A DNA stretch of 64,000 nucleotides from Candidatus Fraserbacteria bacterium (GTDB taxonomy: Bacteria; Bipolaricaulota; Bipolaricaulia; RBG-16-55-9; DRXL01). Positions within the stretch are counted from its first letter, which is position 1. Each line of letters begins with the position of its first letter. Of this stretch, positions 56,520 to 64,000 are shown piece by piece. The DNA lies in assembly GCA_037440025.1 (NCBI GenBank), contig JBBIUX010000002.1:82975-146974 (forward strand). Direction: 5' to 3'. The position numbers were made by a program, and so were the translations under genes. A model generated the notes under the pieces. It made no database searches, was not told where the DNA came from, and saw nothing but the letters and a program-made list of their open reading frames with translations.

Positions 56520-56587
56520 AATCTTTCTCCTCGTTTTATGCGCTGATTATAACAGGGGCTCTGAGGCCTGTCAAACACGGTAAAGCC

Positions 56588-57913
56588 CTACGGCTTGATC
56601 CGGTAGAGCATTCGCGGGAAGGGGATCGCCTCGCGTAGATGCTCTATTCCGGCGATCCACGCTGTGAGACGCTCCACACCCAGACCAAAACCGGCGTGGG
56701 GAACGCCCCCGTATTTTCTCAGATCTATGTACCATTGATAGGGCTCTTCGGGAAGCCCAAAGTCTTTCAAACGCTGGCGCAAGAGATTTATATCGGAGAT
56801 GCGCTGGCTCCCTCCGATGATCTCCCCGTAGCCTTCAGGGGCGATCAAGTCCGCAGCAAGAGCAAGCTCTGGGGTATCGGGCTTAGGTTCCATATAGAAC
56901 GCCTTCATCTTGGCTGGGAAGAATTCGATGAAGACGGGCCGGCCAAAGTGCTGTCCTAAAGCTTCTTCGTGAGGTGCGCCGAGGTCATCGCCCCAGTTCA
57001 GCTTTTCAATCTCACCTGAAGCGATTTTTTCTTTGAGTAGGTCATTGACCAGCCTGAGAGACTCTTCATATGTAACACGAGCAAATGGCTCTTGAACATA
57101 CTTTGCCAGGACCTCAGTGTGGCGCCCCAGCTCCTTGAGCTCTCGTGAACGCTTTTGCAGACAGCGCTGAACGATGTATTTCACCAGCCTTTCTTGCAAT
57201 GTGAGATTCTGCTCGTGCTCACAGAAGGCAACTTCAGCTTCAGCCATCCAAAACTCTGTCAAGTGTTTGCGCGTCTTCGATTTTTCGGCGCGGAACGCCG
57301 GGCCGATCCAATAGACTTTTCCCAGAGCCATCGCCGTCGCTTCCAGATAGAGCTGTCCGCTTTGGGAGAGATATGCTTTTTGGTCAAAATAATTGACTTC
57401 AAAAAGCGTCGTCGTGCCCTCGCACGCGGATGGGGTGAGAATAGGTGACTCGGTCGCAATGAAGCCTTGCTCATCGAAGAAGTCCCGAATGGACTGCATG
57501 ACCTCGTGGCGCAATCTCAAGATTGCTGCTTGGCGGGGGCTGCGAACCCATAAGTGCCGGTGATCGAGCAGAAAGCCCGGTCCGTGCTCTTTGAGCGAGA
57601 TGGGGTACTCTTCTTCGACATGCTGTACGATCTCTATGGCTTTGATCTGTAGCTCATAGCCGCCAGGGGCACGGGTATCTTCGCGCACGATGCCGCGCAC
57701 TTTGAACGATGACTCTTGAGTGAGTTCCCGGGCTTTTTCGAACGCTGCCCCATCGGCTTTGGTGACCACGGCCTGTATGAGACCCGTCCCGTCACGAATC
57801 AATAAAAACTGAATCTTGCCGCTCTCGCGGCGGTTGTAGAGCCAGCCGCAGATGAGCACTTCATCTCCAACCTTGCTGCCAATCTCTTCAATGTATGTCT
57901 GCTCCATCGTCAC
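56588..57913 (-). CDS. asnS: Asparagine--tRNA ligase
   Basis: 441 aa class II aaRS with N-terminal OB fold; the motif 3 region ...GFGLGVERL... Confidence 0.88.
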   Translation of the reverse strand: MTMEQTYIEEIGSKVGDEVLICGWLYNRRESGKIQFLLIRDGTGLIQAVVTKADGAAFEKARELTQESSFKVRGIVREDTRAPGGYELQIKAIEIVQHVEEEYPISLKEHGPGFLLDHRHLWVRSPRQAAILRLRHEVMQSIRDFFDEQGFIATESPILTPSACEGTTTLFEVNYFDQKAYLSQSGQLYLEATAMALGKVYWIGPAFRAEKSKTRKHLTEFWMAEAEVAFCEHEQNLTLQERLVKYIVQRCLQKRSRELKELGRHTEVLAKYVQEPFARVTYEESLRLVNDLLKEKIASGEIEKLNWGDDLGAPHEEALGQHFGRPVFIEFFPAKMKAFYMEPKPDTPELALAADLIAPEGYGEIIGGSQRISDINLLRQRLKDFGLPEEPYQWYIDLRKYGGVPHAGFGLGVERLTAWIAGIEHLREAIPFPRMLYRIKP

Positions 57914-58692
57914 TCACGTTCGCCCTGGAGAATGCTGATCATCTCATTATGAATCTTGCCATTGCTCGCCAGGACTTCGCCGCCATGAAGATCAAGCGGG
58001 CCGCCGCACAGATCGCTCACTCTCCCTCCGGCCTCCTGCACGATCAGCACGGCTGCCGCTATGTCCCACGGTTTTAAATCCAACTCCCAATACCCGTCGG
58101 CTCGGCCGGCGGCCAGATACGAGAGCGCCAACGCCGACGAGCCCAGTCGGCGCAACGTCTGTGCTGCTGCTGAAAACCGCCCCCACCACGCCAGATGTCG
58201 TGCTGCCAAGCGCTCGTCGTAGGGGAAGCCGGTCATGACCAAGCTCTCGTGCAGGGTCTCGGTCTGCGAGACCCTGATGGGCTGGCCGTTGAGGTGCGCT
58301 CCGCGCCCGGCTTCGCCGACGAACAGCTCGTCATGGATGGGATTATACACCACGCCCACGAGTGCTTCATCTTGATAGTAGAGCCCAATCGAGATGGCGA
58401 AGAACGGGAGGCCGTGGGCGAAGTTGGTCGTGCCGTCAATGGGGTCTATGATCCACTGATACGGGGCTGTATCTGTAGGGCGCACCGAGCCTTCTTCGGT
58501 GAGAATAGAGTGTTCGGGGAAATGCTTTTTGATCAGAGAGACGATGATCTCTTCGGCGTGGTGGTCGAACTTCGTGACCAGATCGCGGAAGCCGCTTTTG
58601 ACTTCAAAAGAGTGTCCGTGGCGAAAATTGTCGCGCAGGAGTTTTCCGGCCTGATGGGCCGCTTCGATGGAGAGGGTTGTGAAGTCTTTCAT
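57910..58692 (-). CDS. Inositol monophosphatase family protein (SuhB-like)
   Basis: Start MKDFTT (ATG 58692). ...[12 protein letters not shown]... and ...WDIAAA... motifs. The 78-aa track N-extension is rejected. Confidence 0.8.
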   Translation of the reverse strand: MKDFTTLSIEAAHQAGKLLRDNFRHGHSFEVKSGFRDLVTKFDHHAEEIIVSLIKKHFPEHSILTEEGSVRPTDTAPYQWIIDPIDGTTNFAHGLPFFAISIGLYYQDEALVGVVYNPIHDELFVGEAGRGAHLNGQPIRVSQTETLHESLVMTGFPYDERLAARHLAWWGRFSAAAQTLRRLGSSALALSYLAAGRADGYWELDLKPWDIAAAVLIVQEAGGRVSDLCGGPLDLHGGEVLASNGKIHNEMISILQGERE

Positions 58693-58939
58693 CCGATGAG
58701 TATAAAGCGAGCGCTTTGGCGAAGCAAGAAACTTAAGCCGTGATAGTGAACTCCTAAGGCTGCTCTTCTGCATAAGCCCACCAGCAAGTGGGCTCCTCAA
58801 ATGGTGAATTGATGATGGGGTTATCAACGAGCAGGGACATGGCCTTTCACCTGCATTCCTGGATTGTCTTCTGTGCAATGCTGATGGCATTCTGAACGCA
58901 GTGTTTAAGGTTAGGAACTTGATCATCTAGTCTCTCCAA

Positions 58940-59329
58940 TCAAACGGCATGGGATATCTCTGGCTCTCTGAAGTCCGTGGTTAGCTGCAACCACCCGTTC
59001 GTATCGGCAAGAAGGTCAATGAACTCGGATTCAGCATCCTCAATGCGCTCTAGGACCGATTTATCGTACTGCTTCAGTCGTACATAAAAGGCCAAGTATG
59101 CATCCTCGATTTCTTGGTCATAAGAAACTTGCAGGACGAGCTGCGCCTTTGGCAGATGCTTGTGAGCAGCCCTTACCGCTACGGGCACAACATCGAGTAA
59201 GTCGGGGAAGTTCAGGAGATATTGCCTGATCTCGTTTGGGTTGATTAGGCGCACGCCGTTTTCGATGAGCCATTTCAACAGACGCTCGATATCTTGAGAA
59301 ATAGCAGAAGTTCCGATGGTGCTTGTCAT
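58940..59329 (-). CDS. Hypothetical protein (lower-GC segment)
   Basis: Start MTSTIGTSAISQD with GGGAG RBS. No family recognised. Confidence 0.4.
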   Translation of the reverse strand: MTSTIGTSAISQDIERLLKWLIENGVRLINPNEIRQYLLNFPDLLDVVPVAVRAAHKHLPKAQLVLQVSYDQEIEDAYLAFYVRLKQYDKSVLERIEDAESEFIDLLADTNGWLQLTTDFREPEISHAV

Positions 59330-59537
59330 CTTAGGCTCCCTGAGGGGACCGTTCCTATACTTGCCCATAGACCACTGCCTCCTTTTCTAAACTCGCCACT
59401 CTCACCACCTCGTTCCCTCTAAAGCACCTTGACAGCGATCCGCTTGTGCTCTCCGTTCTGGAAAGCAAACAGAACGGTGCTTCATGTCATAGGGCGGGTC
59501 CATGCAGATCATCTGCACTCCCATTGTTCTTGTGCAG

Positions 59538-60170
59538 TCACCCTCCAAGACGCTGTGTGAGCGCTCGCACGATCGCCGCGCGCTTCTCTTGCGCCTGCCG
59601 GGCCAGCCGCTCCCGCTCACGAGTATACTCGCTCGTAAAAGACTCGTCAGCAATCGCCGAGAGATTGATGGCAACGTTGAGCACCGCCGCGTGCACCGCA
59701 GCCTCGGCGAGCACAGCCGCCGCACCCCCGTCGCTCACCGCGCTCTTGCTCCCCTTCGTGACCACAAGCTCAGCTAACTCTAAGACACGAGAGCAGCGCA
59801 GCGCCGTCTGATAGGGGACCTCGGTCGCTCCCTTGAGCGCCAACTGAATCGCTTGCTCTCTCTCAGCACGATCTGCCTCTGTCTCCTTGGGGAGCTTGTA
59901 CGCGGCCATCACGGCATTGAACGATTCGCTGTCGCGCTCGGCAAGCCCTACAAGCTCGTCGCGGAGCGTGAGCGCCTCGGAGAGCACACCGCGCATCTCC
60001 GCCTCGACGGATTGATAGGCTTTTTTCCCAAGAGTTACCCCCGCGACCATCGCCACGAGAGAAGTCGCAATGCTCCCCACACAGGCCGCAGCACTGCCCC
60101 CACCCGGCGTGGGCGTCGCTGCGGAAAATTTCTCTAAGAGAGCGCCGAGGCTCTCCTCGCGAATAGACAT
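59538..60170 (-). CDS. Cyclodeaminase/cyclohydrolase family protein (FTCD C-terminal domain-like)
   Basis: 210 aa all-alpha; ...TPTPGGGSAAACVGSIATSLVAMV... is typical of the family. Confidence 0.7.
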   Translation of the reverse strand: MSIREESLGALLEKFSAATPTPGGGSAAACVGSIATSLVAMVAGVTLGKKAYQSVEAEMRGVLSEALTLRDELVGLAERDSESFNAVMAAYKLPKETEADRAEREQAIQLALKGATEVPYQTALRCSRVLELAELVVTKGSKSAVSDGGAAAVLAEAAVHAAVLNVAINLSAIADESFTSEYTRERERLARQAQEKRAAIVRALTQRLGG

Positions 60171-60671
60171 TTATTTGGGTTTTGGCTGGTCGTCGCGGTG
60201 CCAGTAGACGCGGGCGAACCGGTCTCCTTCAGAGTATTTGACATCGAGCTGGCCCTTGTGGGCTTGATGGATCGCCTCGCCGATGCGGCGGGCCAAGTGG
60301 AAATTCGTCGTAGCTATCTCTAGACCATTCCCATTGGGCTTGATCCACATGATGCGTTGGAGGGGCCGCTGCTCGCGGGCTAACTTTTCTTGGTTCTTGG
60401 CGACATTGAGAAGTTCATCGCGGCGAGCTTGCAAGTACGAGCCGTCTAAGTAGACGACACCACCGGGGTTGCGATCTTGCGTGCGCCTGCAAGCTGGACA
60501 GAGCCCTCTGTTGGCGCCAGAAGGTGCAGAAAGACCATTGGTCCAGCGCCCCTTGTGATAAACCAAACTGCAGACGGAGCAGACCGTGGGTTCTGGATAC
60601 TTGCGTAGCTCATAGTATGGGCTACCGGTGTCTTCGGATAAAATCTCTCGGCGGGTTTGGTGTCTCATCAT
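60171..60671 (-). CDS. Hypothetical protein with CxxC...CxxC zinc-ribbon
   Basis: ...TVCSVCSLVYHKGRW...GLCPACRR... (NMD3 N-terminus-like). Unknown function. Confidence 0.45.
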   Translation of the reverse strand: MMRHQTRREILSEDTGSPYYELRKYPEPTVCSVCSLVYHKGRWTNGLSAPSGANRGLCPACRRTQDRNPGGVVYLDGSYLQARRDELLNVAKNQEKLAREQRPLQRIMWIKPNGNGLEIATTNFHLARRIGEAIHQAHKGQLDVKYSEGDRFARVYWHRDDQPKPK

Positions 60672-60789
60672 CTTACCCTCCCAGGGGTACTACTATAACT
60701 GCGCCCTAGCGTCTTGTCAAACGACGTACATGGAAGCCTTCTCTTGCGCAGCCGCATGGAAAAGAGTACAATACGCTTGGAGGTGGGAG

Positions 60790-61371
60790 ATGGCATCCCA
60801 CAGGGGCGCGCCCGTGCGCGAGCACATAGCATACCAGTTGCTCTATGAGCTGAGAGACGCCTCTGTCGGGCGGCGCACGCTTGTGGAGCGAACGGGGTTG
60901 ACCGAGAGCGTTGTGCGCACGGAATTAGAGAAACTCGCAACCCTGCGGCTCGTTGTTTTCTCCAAGCTGGGTACCGTACTGACAGAGCGCGGGCAGCAGA
61001 TGCTCTTGGCAAAGCTCAACTCGGTCGTAGACGTTCGAGAAGTTCGCCTGCACAACCTGATGCTCGATCGCTACAACCGCATGGCCCAAGTGCGTGGGGC
61101 AGCCACCGGCTTTCAAACGTGGCTCTATCGAGATATAGCGATCCGAGAGGGCGCAACGGCAGCGCTCTTTCTCACCAAGCAGAAGGAGGCAATATACTTC
61201 ATCGAGGAAGAAAGACCCCTTGCGGAGCACAACCCCTACGATAGCCGGCTGCTCGAACAGGCGTTTCCACAGCTACGCAACGGTGATCTGATCGTGATCG
61301 TCTTTGGACCGGCTCGAGGAGCGGCGGCGCGCGGGCTGTGGGCCGTCTTGTGGGCTTTGGCATCGAAATAG
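60790..61371 (+). CDS. Winged-helix domain protein, hypothetical regulator
   Basis: Start MASHRGAP (GGAGGTGGGAG RBS). N-terminal ...HIAYQLLYELRDASVGRRTLVERTGLTESVVRTELEKL... is wHTH-like. Appears co-transcribed with the ABC importer. The track N-extension is rejected. Confidence 0.45.
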   Translation: MASHRGAPVREHIAYQLLYELRDASVGRRTLVERTGLTESVVRTELEKLATLRLVVFSKLGTVLTERGQQMLLAKLNSVVDVREVRLHNLMLDRYNRMAQVRGAATGFQTWLYRDIAIREGATAALFLTKQKEAIYFIEEERPLAEHNPYDSRLLEQAFPQLRNGDLIVIVFGPARGAAARGLWAVLWALASK

Positions 61372-61404
61372 AGTAATTCTCACAGAACAGTAAGGAGGAG
61401 TTCT

Positions 61405-62295
61405 ATGCGCTGGACACGCTGGAAGTTGTTCGGGCTGGTCGCTTTGTTGCTTGTAGGGATAGTCGTGCCGTCGCTGGCAGATTACCCTGTCACAATCACC
61501 GACGACCGCGGCAAACAGATCACTATTACAAAGCGTCCTGAGAGAATTGTCGTCGCCGGGACGCCGCTCTACACGGAGATCCTCATCGATCTAGGGGCTC
61601 TAAATCGTATTGTCGGCGTGAGCGAGTCGGCCGATAACCCCCCGGAAGTAGCCAACGTGCCGCGCGTCGGGCCGGCCTTCAACCCCAATGTCGAAGCGAT
61701 CATCTCGCTCAAGCCCGATGTCGTCTTTGGGGCGATTGGAGCGATACGCGATACCCTCGAACGGGCCGGCTTGATCGTCGTCAGCTTGGGCAAGAAGGGG
61801 AGCGGAGCCATTGACAGCGTCACTGAGATTTTTAGAACGATTCGCTCAGTTGGGCTCGTCATCGAGGGCGACACCAAGAGAGCCGATACGCTGATCGGCA
61901 AGATCGCCGAGGAGATCGTGACGATAGAAGGGACGGTACTAGACAGATTCAAGCCGACGGTGGCGATTCTTTATCCGGCGGGGGAGCAGCCGCCGTTTGC
62001 TGCCGGTCGCGGCACCCCGGAGAACGAGATCGTGCTGCGCGCCGGGGGGATTAATATCTTCCCCGACGTCGCAGATTATAAACAAGTGAGCTTTGAGGAG
62101 ATCGTCAAGCGCGACCCAAGCGTCATCTTCACTGACCCATTGCTGATCCCGCTGATTACGCAGCATCGTCTGCTGCAAGGGGTGAAGGCCGTGCGAGAGA
62201 AGCGCGTCTACGGGATCGGGGCGTCGCAGTGGGTCAGCTCGCGCATCGCGCAGACGATCAAGACCGTCGCGGACTTGTTGCATCCGAATCGGTAA
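61405..62295 (+). CDS. ABC transporter periplasmic substrate-binding protein (iron-siderophore/cobalamin class, BtuF/FepB-like)
   Basis: Signal/anchor MRWTRWKLFGLVALLLVGIVVPSLA; class III (TroA-like) SBP fold sequence features. Confidence 0.8.
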   Translation: MRWTRWKLFGLVALLLVGIVVPSLADYPVTITDDRGKQITITKRPERIVVAGTPLYTEILIDLGALNRIVGVSESADNPPEVANVPRVGPAFNPNVEAIISLKPDVVFGAIGAIRDTLERAGLIVVSLGKKGSGAIDSVTEIFRTIRSVGLVIEGDTKRADTLIGKIAEEIVTIEGTVLDRFKPTVAILYPAGEQPPFAAGRGTPENEIVLRAGGINIFPDVADYKQVSFEEIVKRDPSVIFTDPLLIPLITQHRLLQGVKAVREKRVYGIGASQWVSSRIAQTIKTVADLLHPNR

Positions 62296-62303
62296 GGATG
62301 GTT

Positions 62304-62412
62304 GGCCCTCACCCCCTGTGACCTCTCCCCCGACCCCTCCCCTAAAGAGGGAGGGGAGTTCCCCCTTCCCTTTAGGGAAGGGGGCTTGGGGGTTAGGGCG
62401 GGGGTGAGGGCC
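62304..62412. repeat. GC-rich nested palindromic element (intergenic, between the SBP and permease genes)
   Basis: Outer GGCCCTCACCCCC / GGGGGTGAGGGCC. Inner hairpins CCCCTCCC-ctaaaga-GGGAGGGG and CCCCCTTCCC-ttta-GGGAAGGGGG. Confidence 0.6.
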
Positions 62413-62425
62413 AGGAAGGTGCGCC

Positions 62426-63412
62426 ATGAGGCAGTGTAAAGGCCCGCTGGCTCTCAGCAGCTTAAGCATCTTGCTTGTAGGAGCTGTGGCGACGGGCATC
62501 GCCATCGGGGCTGTGCCCCTGTCGCCCTTCGATTTGGATTCGACGCATCTCTTCATTCTGACGCAGATCCGGCTTCCTCGGGTGCTCCTTGCTGCTCTTG
62601 TCGGCGGGGCGCTGGCGCTCTGCGGGGCTGTCATGCAGGGGCTCTTTCGCAACCCGTTAGCCGATCCGTATCTATTGGGGATTGCCAGCGGGGCGACCGC
62701 GGGAGCAGCTCTAGTCATCGCACTCCATCTTGATAGCTATCTGGGGGCACTCCCCCTCGGGGCGTTTCTCGGCGGCCTACTTGTCGTGGGGATCGTCTAC
62801 CGTATAGCGAAGACGCGCGTAGCGCAGTTGGACAATTATGCGCTCATTCTTGCCGGGGTGGCGCTCGCGGCGCTCTTCTCAGCAGTGACGAGCTTCCTGC
62901 TCTTCTACGGGGGGGCCTCCCAAGACGCGCGGCGTCTGATCTTTTGGATCTTAGGCGGGCTTGGTGGCGCTCAGTGGCTCTACGTTCTTGGGCTAGTGGG
63001 AACGCTTCTTGTGACCGGAGCAGTGCTGCTGCTCTTCGCACGCGATCTCAACGCCCTCTCTTTGGGAGAAGAGATGGCAGCCCATTTGGGAGTCGAGCCG
63101 CGCCATTTGAGAAAAATTTTATTGTTGGCCGTGACGGTGCTCACGGCTGTGGCCGTGGCCGTTTCGGGCACGATTGGCTTTGTCGGGCTGATCGTGCCCC
63201 ATATACTCAGACTGATAGTTGGGCCGGATCACCGAATGCTCTTGCCCACGTCAGCGCTGGGCGGGGCAGTCTTGCTCGTGCTCTGTGACGCTTTGGCGCG
63301 GACGGTGCTCGCTCCGGCGGAGCTGCCGGTGGGGATTATTACAGCGCTGTTGGGCGCGCCGTTCTTCTTGTTCTTGCTGCGCCGGCGTGCGCAGGCGGGA
63401 GTCCCGTTATGA
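62426..63412 (+). CDS. ABC transporter permease, FecCD/BtuC family
   Basis: 328 aa polytopic; ...ILLAGVALAALFSAVTSFLLF..., typical of the FecCD family. Confidence 0.85.
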   Translation: MRQCKGPLALSSLSILLVGAVATGIAIGAVPLSPFDLDSTHLFILTQIRLPRVLLAALVGGALALCGAVMQGLFRNPLADPYLLGIASGATAGAALVIALHLDSYLGALPLGAFLGGLLVVGIVYRIAKTRVAQLDNYALILAGVALAALFSAVTSFLLFYGGASQDARRLIFWILGGLGGAQWLYVLGLVGTLLVTGAVLLLFARDLNALSLGEEMAAHLGVEPRHLRKILLLAVTVLTAVAVAVSGTIGFVGLIVPHILRLIVGPDHRMLLPTSALGGAVLLVLCDALARTVLAPAELPVGIITALLGAPFFLFLLRRRAQAGVPL

Positions 63413-64000
63413 TCCGTTTGGAAGAAGTACGCTTGGGCTACAACGGTCTGCTCGTGGTGCGCGATCTCAATCTAACGATCTCGCCCGGCGAAGTCTTTGG
63501 GCTCGTGGGGCCCAATGGCTCCGGCAAGACTACGCTCCTGCGGGCGATCTCAGGAAGGCTTGCTCCCCAAACCGGCACGGTCTATCTCAATTTTCGCCGG
63601 TTGAGCGAGCTTGGACCTAAGGCGCTCGCGCGGGAGATCGCTGCCCTGGAACAGGAAGTCTCTTGCTCGTTCGATTTCACGGTGAGAGAGATCGTCGAGC
63701 TAGGGCGGCTGCCCCACCTGGAGCGTTGGCAGCGGCTCTCTTTTCAAGATCACGAGATCGTGACCCGCGCGCTGGCGCTGACACATACGCTCGAGTTCGC
63801 CGACAGAACGATTCACAGCTTAAGCAGCGGGGAGCGCCAGCGCGTCTGGATTGCTTTAGCTTTGGCCCAAGAGCCGAAAATCTTGCTGGTGGACGAACCG
63901 ACGGCCCATCTCGATCTGAACTACCAGATCGAGATTATGGAATTACTTCGCTCGCTCGCCCAAAGAGACCTGACGGTGCTCGTCTCGCTGCATGATCTCA
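63409..64000 (+). CDS. ABC transporter ATP-binding protein (FecE/BtuD-like), 3' end beyond window
   Basis: ATG 63409 overlaps the permease stop (ATGA). Walker A GPNGSGKTT, signature LSSGERQRVWIALAL, Walker B ILLVDEPTAHLD. Confidence 0.8.
   Translation, partial: MIRLEEVRLGYNGLLVVRDLNLTISPGEVFGLVGPNGSGKTTLLRAISGRLAPQTGTVYLNFRRLSELGPKALAREIAALEQEVSCSFDFTVREIVELGRLPHLERWQRLSFQDHEIVTRALALTHTLEFADRTIHSLSSGERQRVWIALALAQEPKILLVDEPTAHLDLNYQIEIMELLRSLAQRDLTVLVSLHDL

Noticed and set aside
58693-58926. 78-aa N-terminal extension of the inositol monophosphatase ORF
   Set aside because: Low-complexity, lower-GC and unrelated to the family. The family N-terminus starts at MKDFTT (58692).
59453-59477. Hairpin CCGTTCTG-gaaagcaaa-CAGAACGG between two minus-strand genes
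   Set aside because: A perfect 8-bp stem, but no U-tract on either strand. It is reported here rather than as a terminator because support is weak.
16405-62412. Whether the recurring GGGAGGGG/CCCCTCCC repeats form a CRISPR array
   Set aside because: The copies are dispersed singletons tens of kilobases apart. They are not regularly spaced direct repeats with unique spacers, and no cas genes are present.

Overview
This 64-kb window comes from a high-GC (about 58-60% by eye) bacterial chromosome. Most of it is housekeeping, with at least three accessory islands.

- 1-10.4 kb, minus strand: a contiguous str-S10-spc ribosomal superoperon (rpsL-rpsG-fusA-rpsJ-rplC-rplD-rplW-rplB-rpsS-rplV-rpsC-rplP-rpmC-rpsQ-rplN-rplX-rplE-rpsN(type Z)-rpsH-rplF'). 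There is no tuf between fusA and rpsJ. Divergent, near-consensus sigma70 promoters drive rpsL and rplM.
- 10.6-11.1 kb: rplM is not followed by rpsI. Instead there is a hairpin, an N-terminally truncated ABC ATPase pseudogene, and an internally deleted IS256-family element.
- 13-32 kb: housekeeping genes (aspartate aminotransferase, mutL, gatA, lipid kinase, RidA, pgk, glmS, acs) and two tRNAs, tRNA-Leu(CAG) and tRNA-Gly(CCC). A lower-GC island (17.6-20.2 kb) carries a gamma-class N6-adenine DNA methyltransferase translationally coupled to a candidate restriction endonuclease.
- 32.3-39.5 kb: a seven-gene locus of secreted or surface proteins. It comprises three tandem small paralogs with conserved Cys pairs and a C-terminal TxTYxVxDxTP motif, a 307-aa two-domain protein, a two-Ig-domain protein that looks like DUF916/DUF3324, a 976-aa protein with CARDB-like repeats, a beta-rich core, three Cna-B-like domains and a PKD domain, and a membrane-anchored protein with two CARDB-like domains. 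I interpret this as a candidate undescribed cell-surface fibre or complex, distantly WxL/Csc-like or Csu/SCPU-like.
- 39.5-48.8 kb: serA-like dehydrogenase, ftsH (with a coiled-coil insert), a lamin-tail-domain secreted protein, dxr (with simple-sequence repeats in a loop), a tetraheme cytochrome c, an Rrf2 regulator with its promoter and operator, Mrp/ApbC, a DUF59 protein and a Cys-rich protein.
- 48.8-56.5 kb, minus strand: an unusual operon, Rieske (petC) - cytochrome b6 (petB) - rnfCDGEA - rnfB-like (2Fe-2S ferredoxin plus RnfB Fe-S domain) - 2Fe-2S ferredoxin fused to a PetD-like subunit IV. This suggests a physical and functional coupling of a Rieske/cyt b module with an Rnf complex.
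- 56.6-64 kb: asnS, inositol monophosphatase, small hypothetical proteins, an FTCD-C cyclodeaminase-like protein, a winged-helix protein and an iron/cobalamin-type ABC importer. The last gene is cut by the window edge.

A family of GC-rich nested palindromic repeats (GGGAGGGG/CCCCTCCC hairpins) recurs at least four times. Two copies sit in-frame inside mutL and acs. No CRISPR array and no rRNA were seen.
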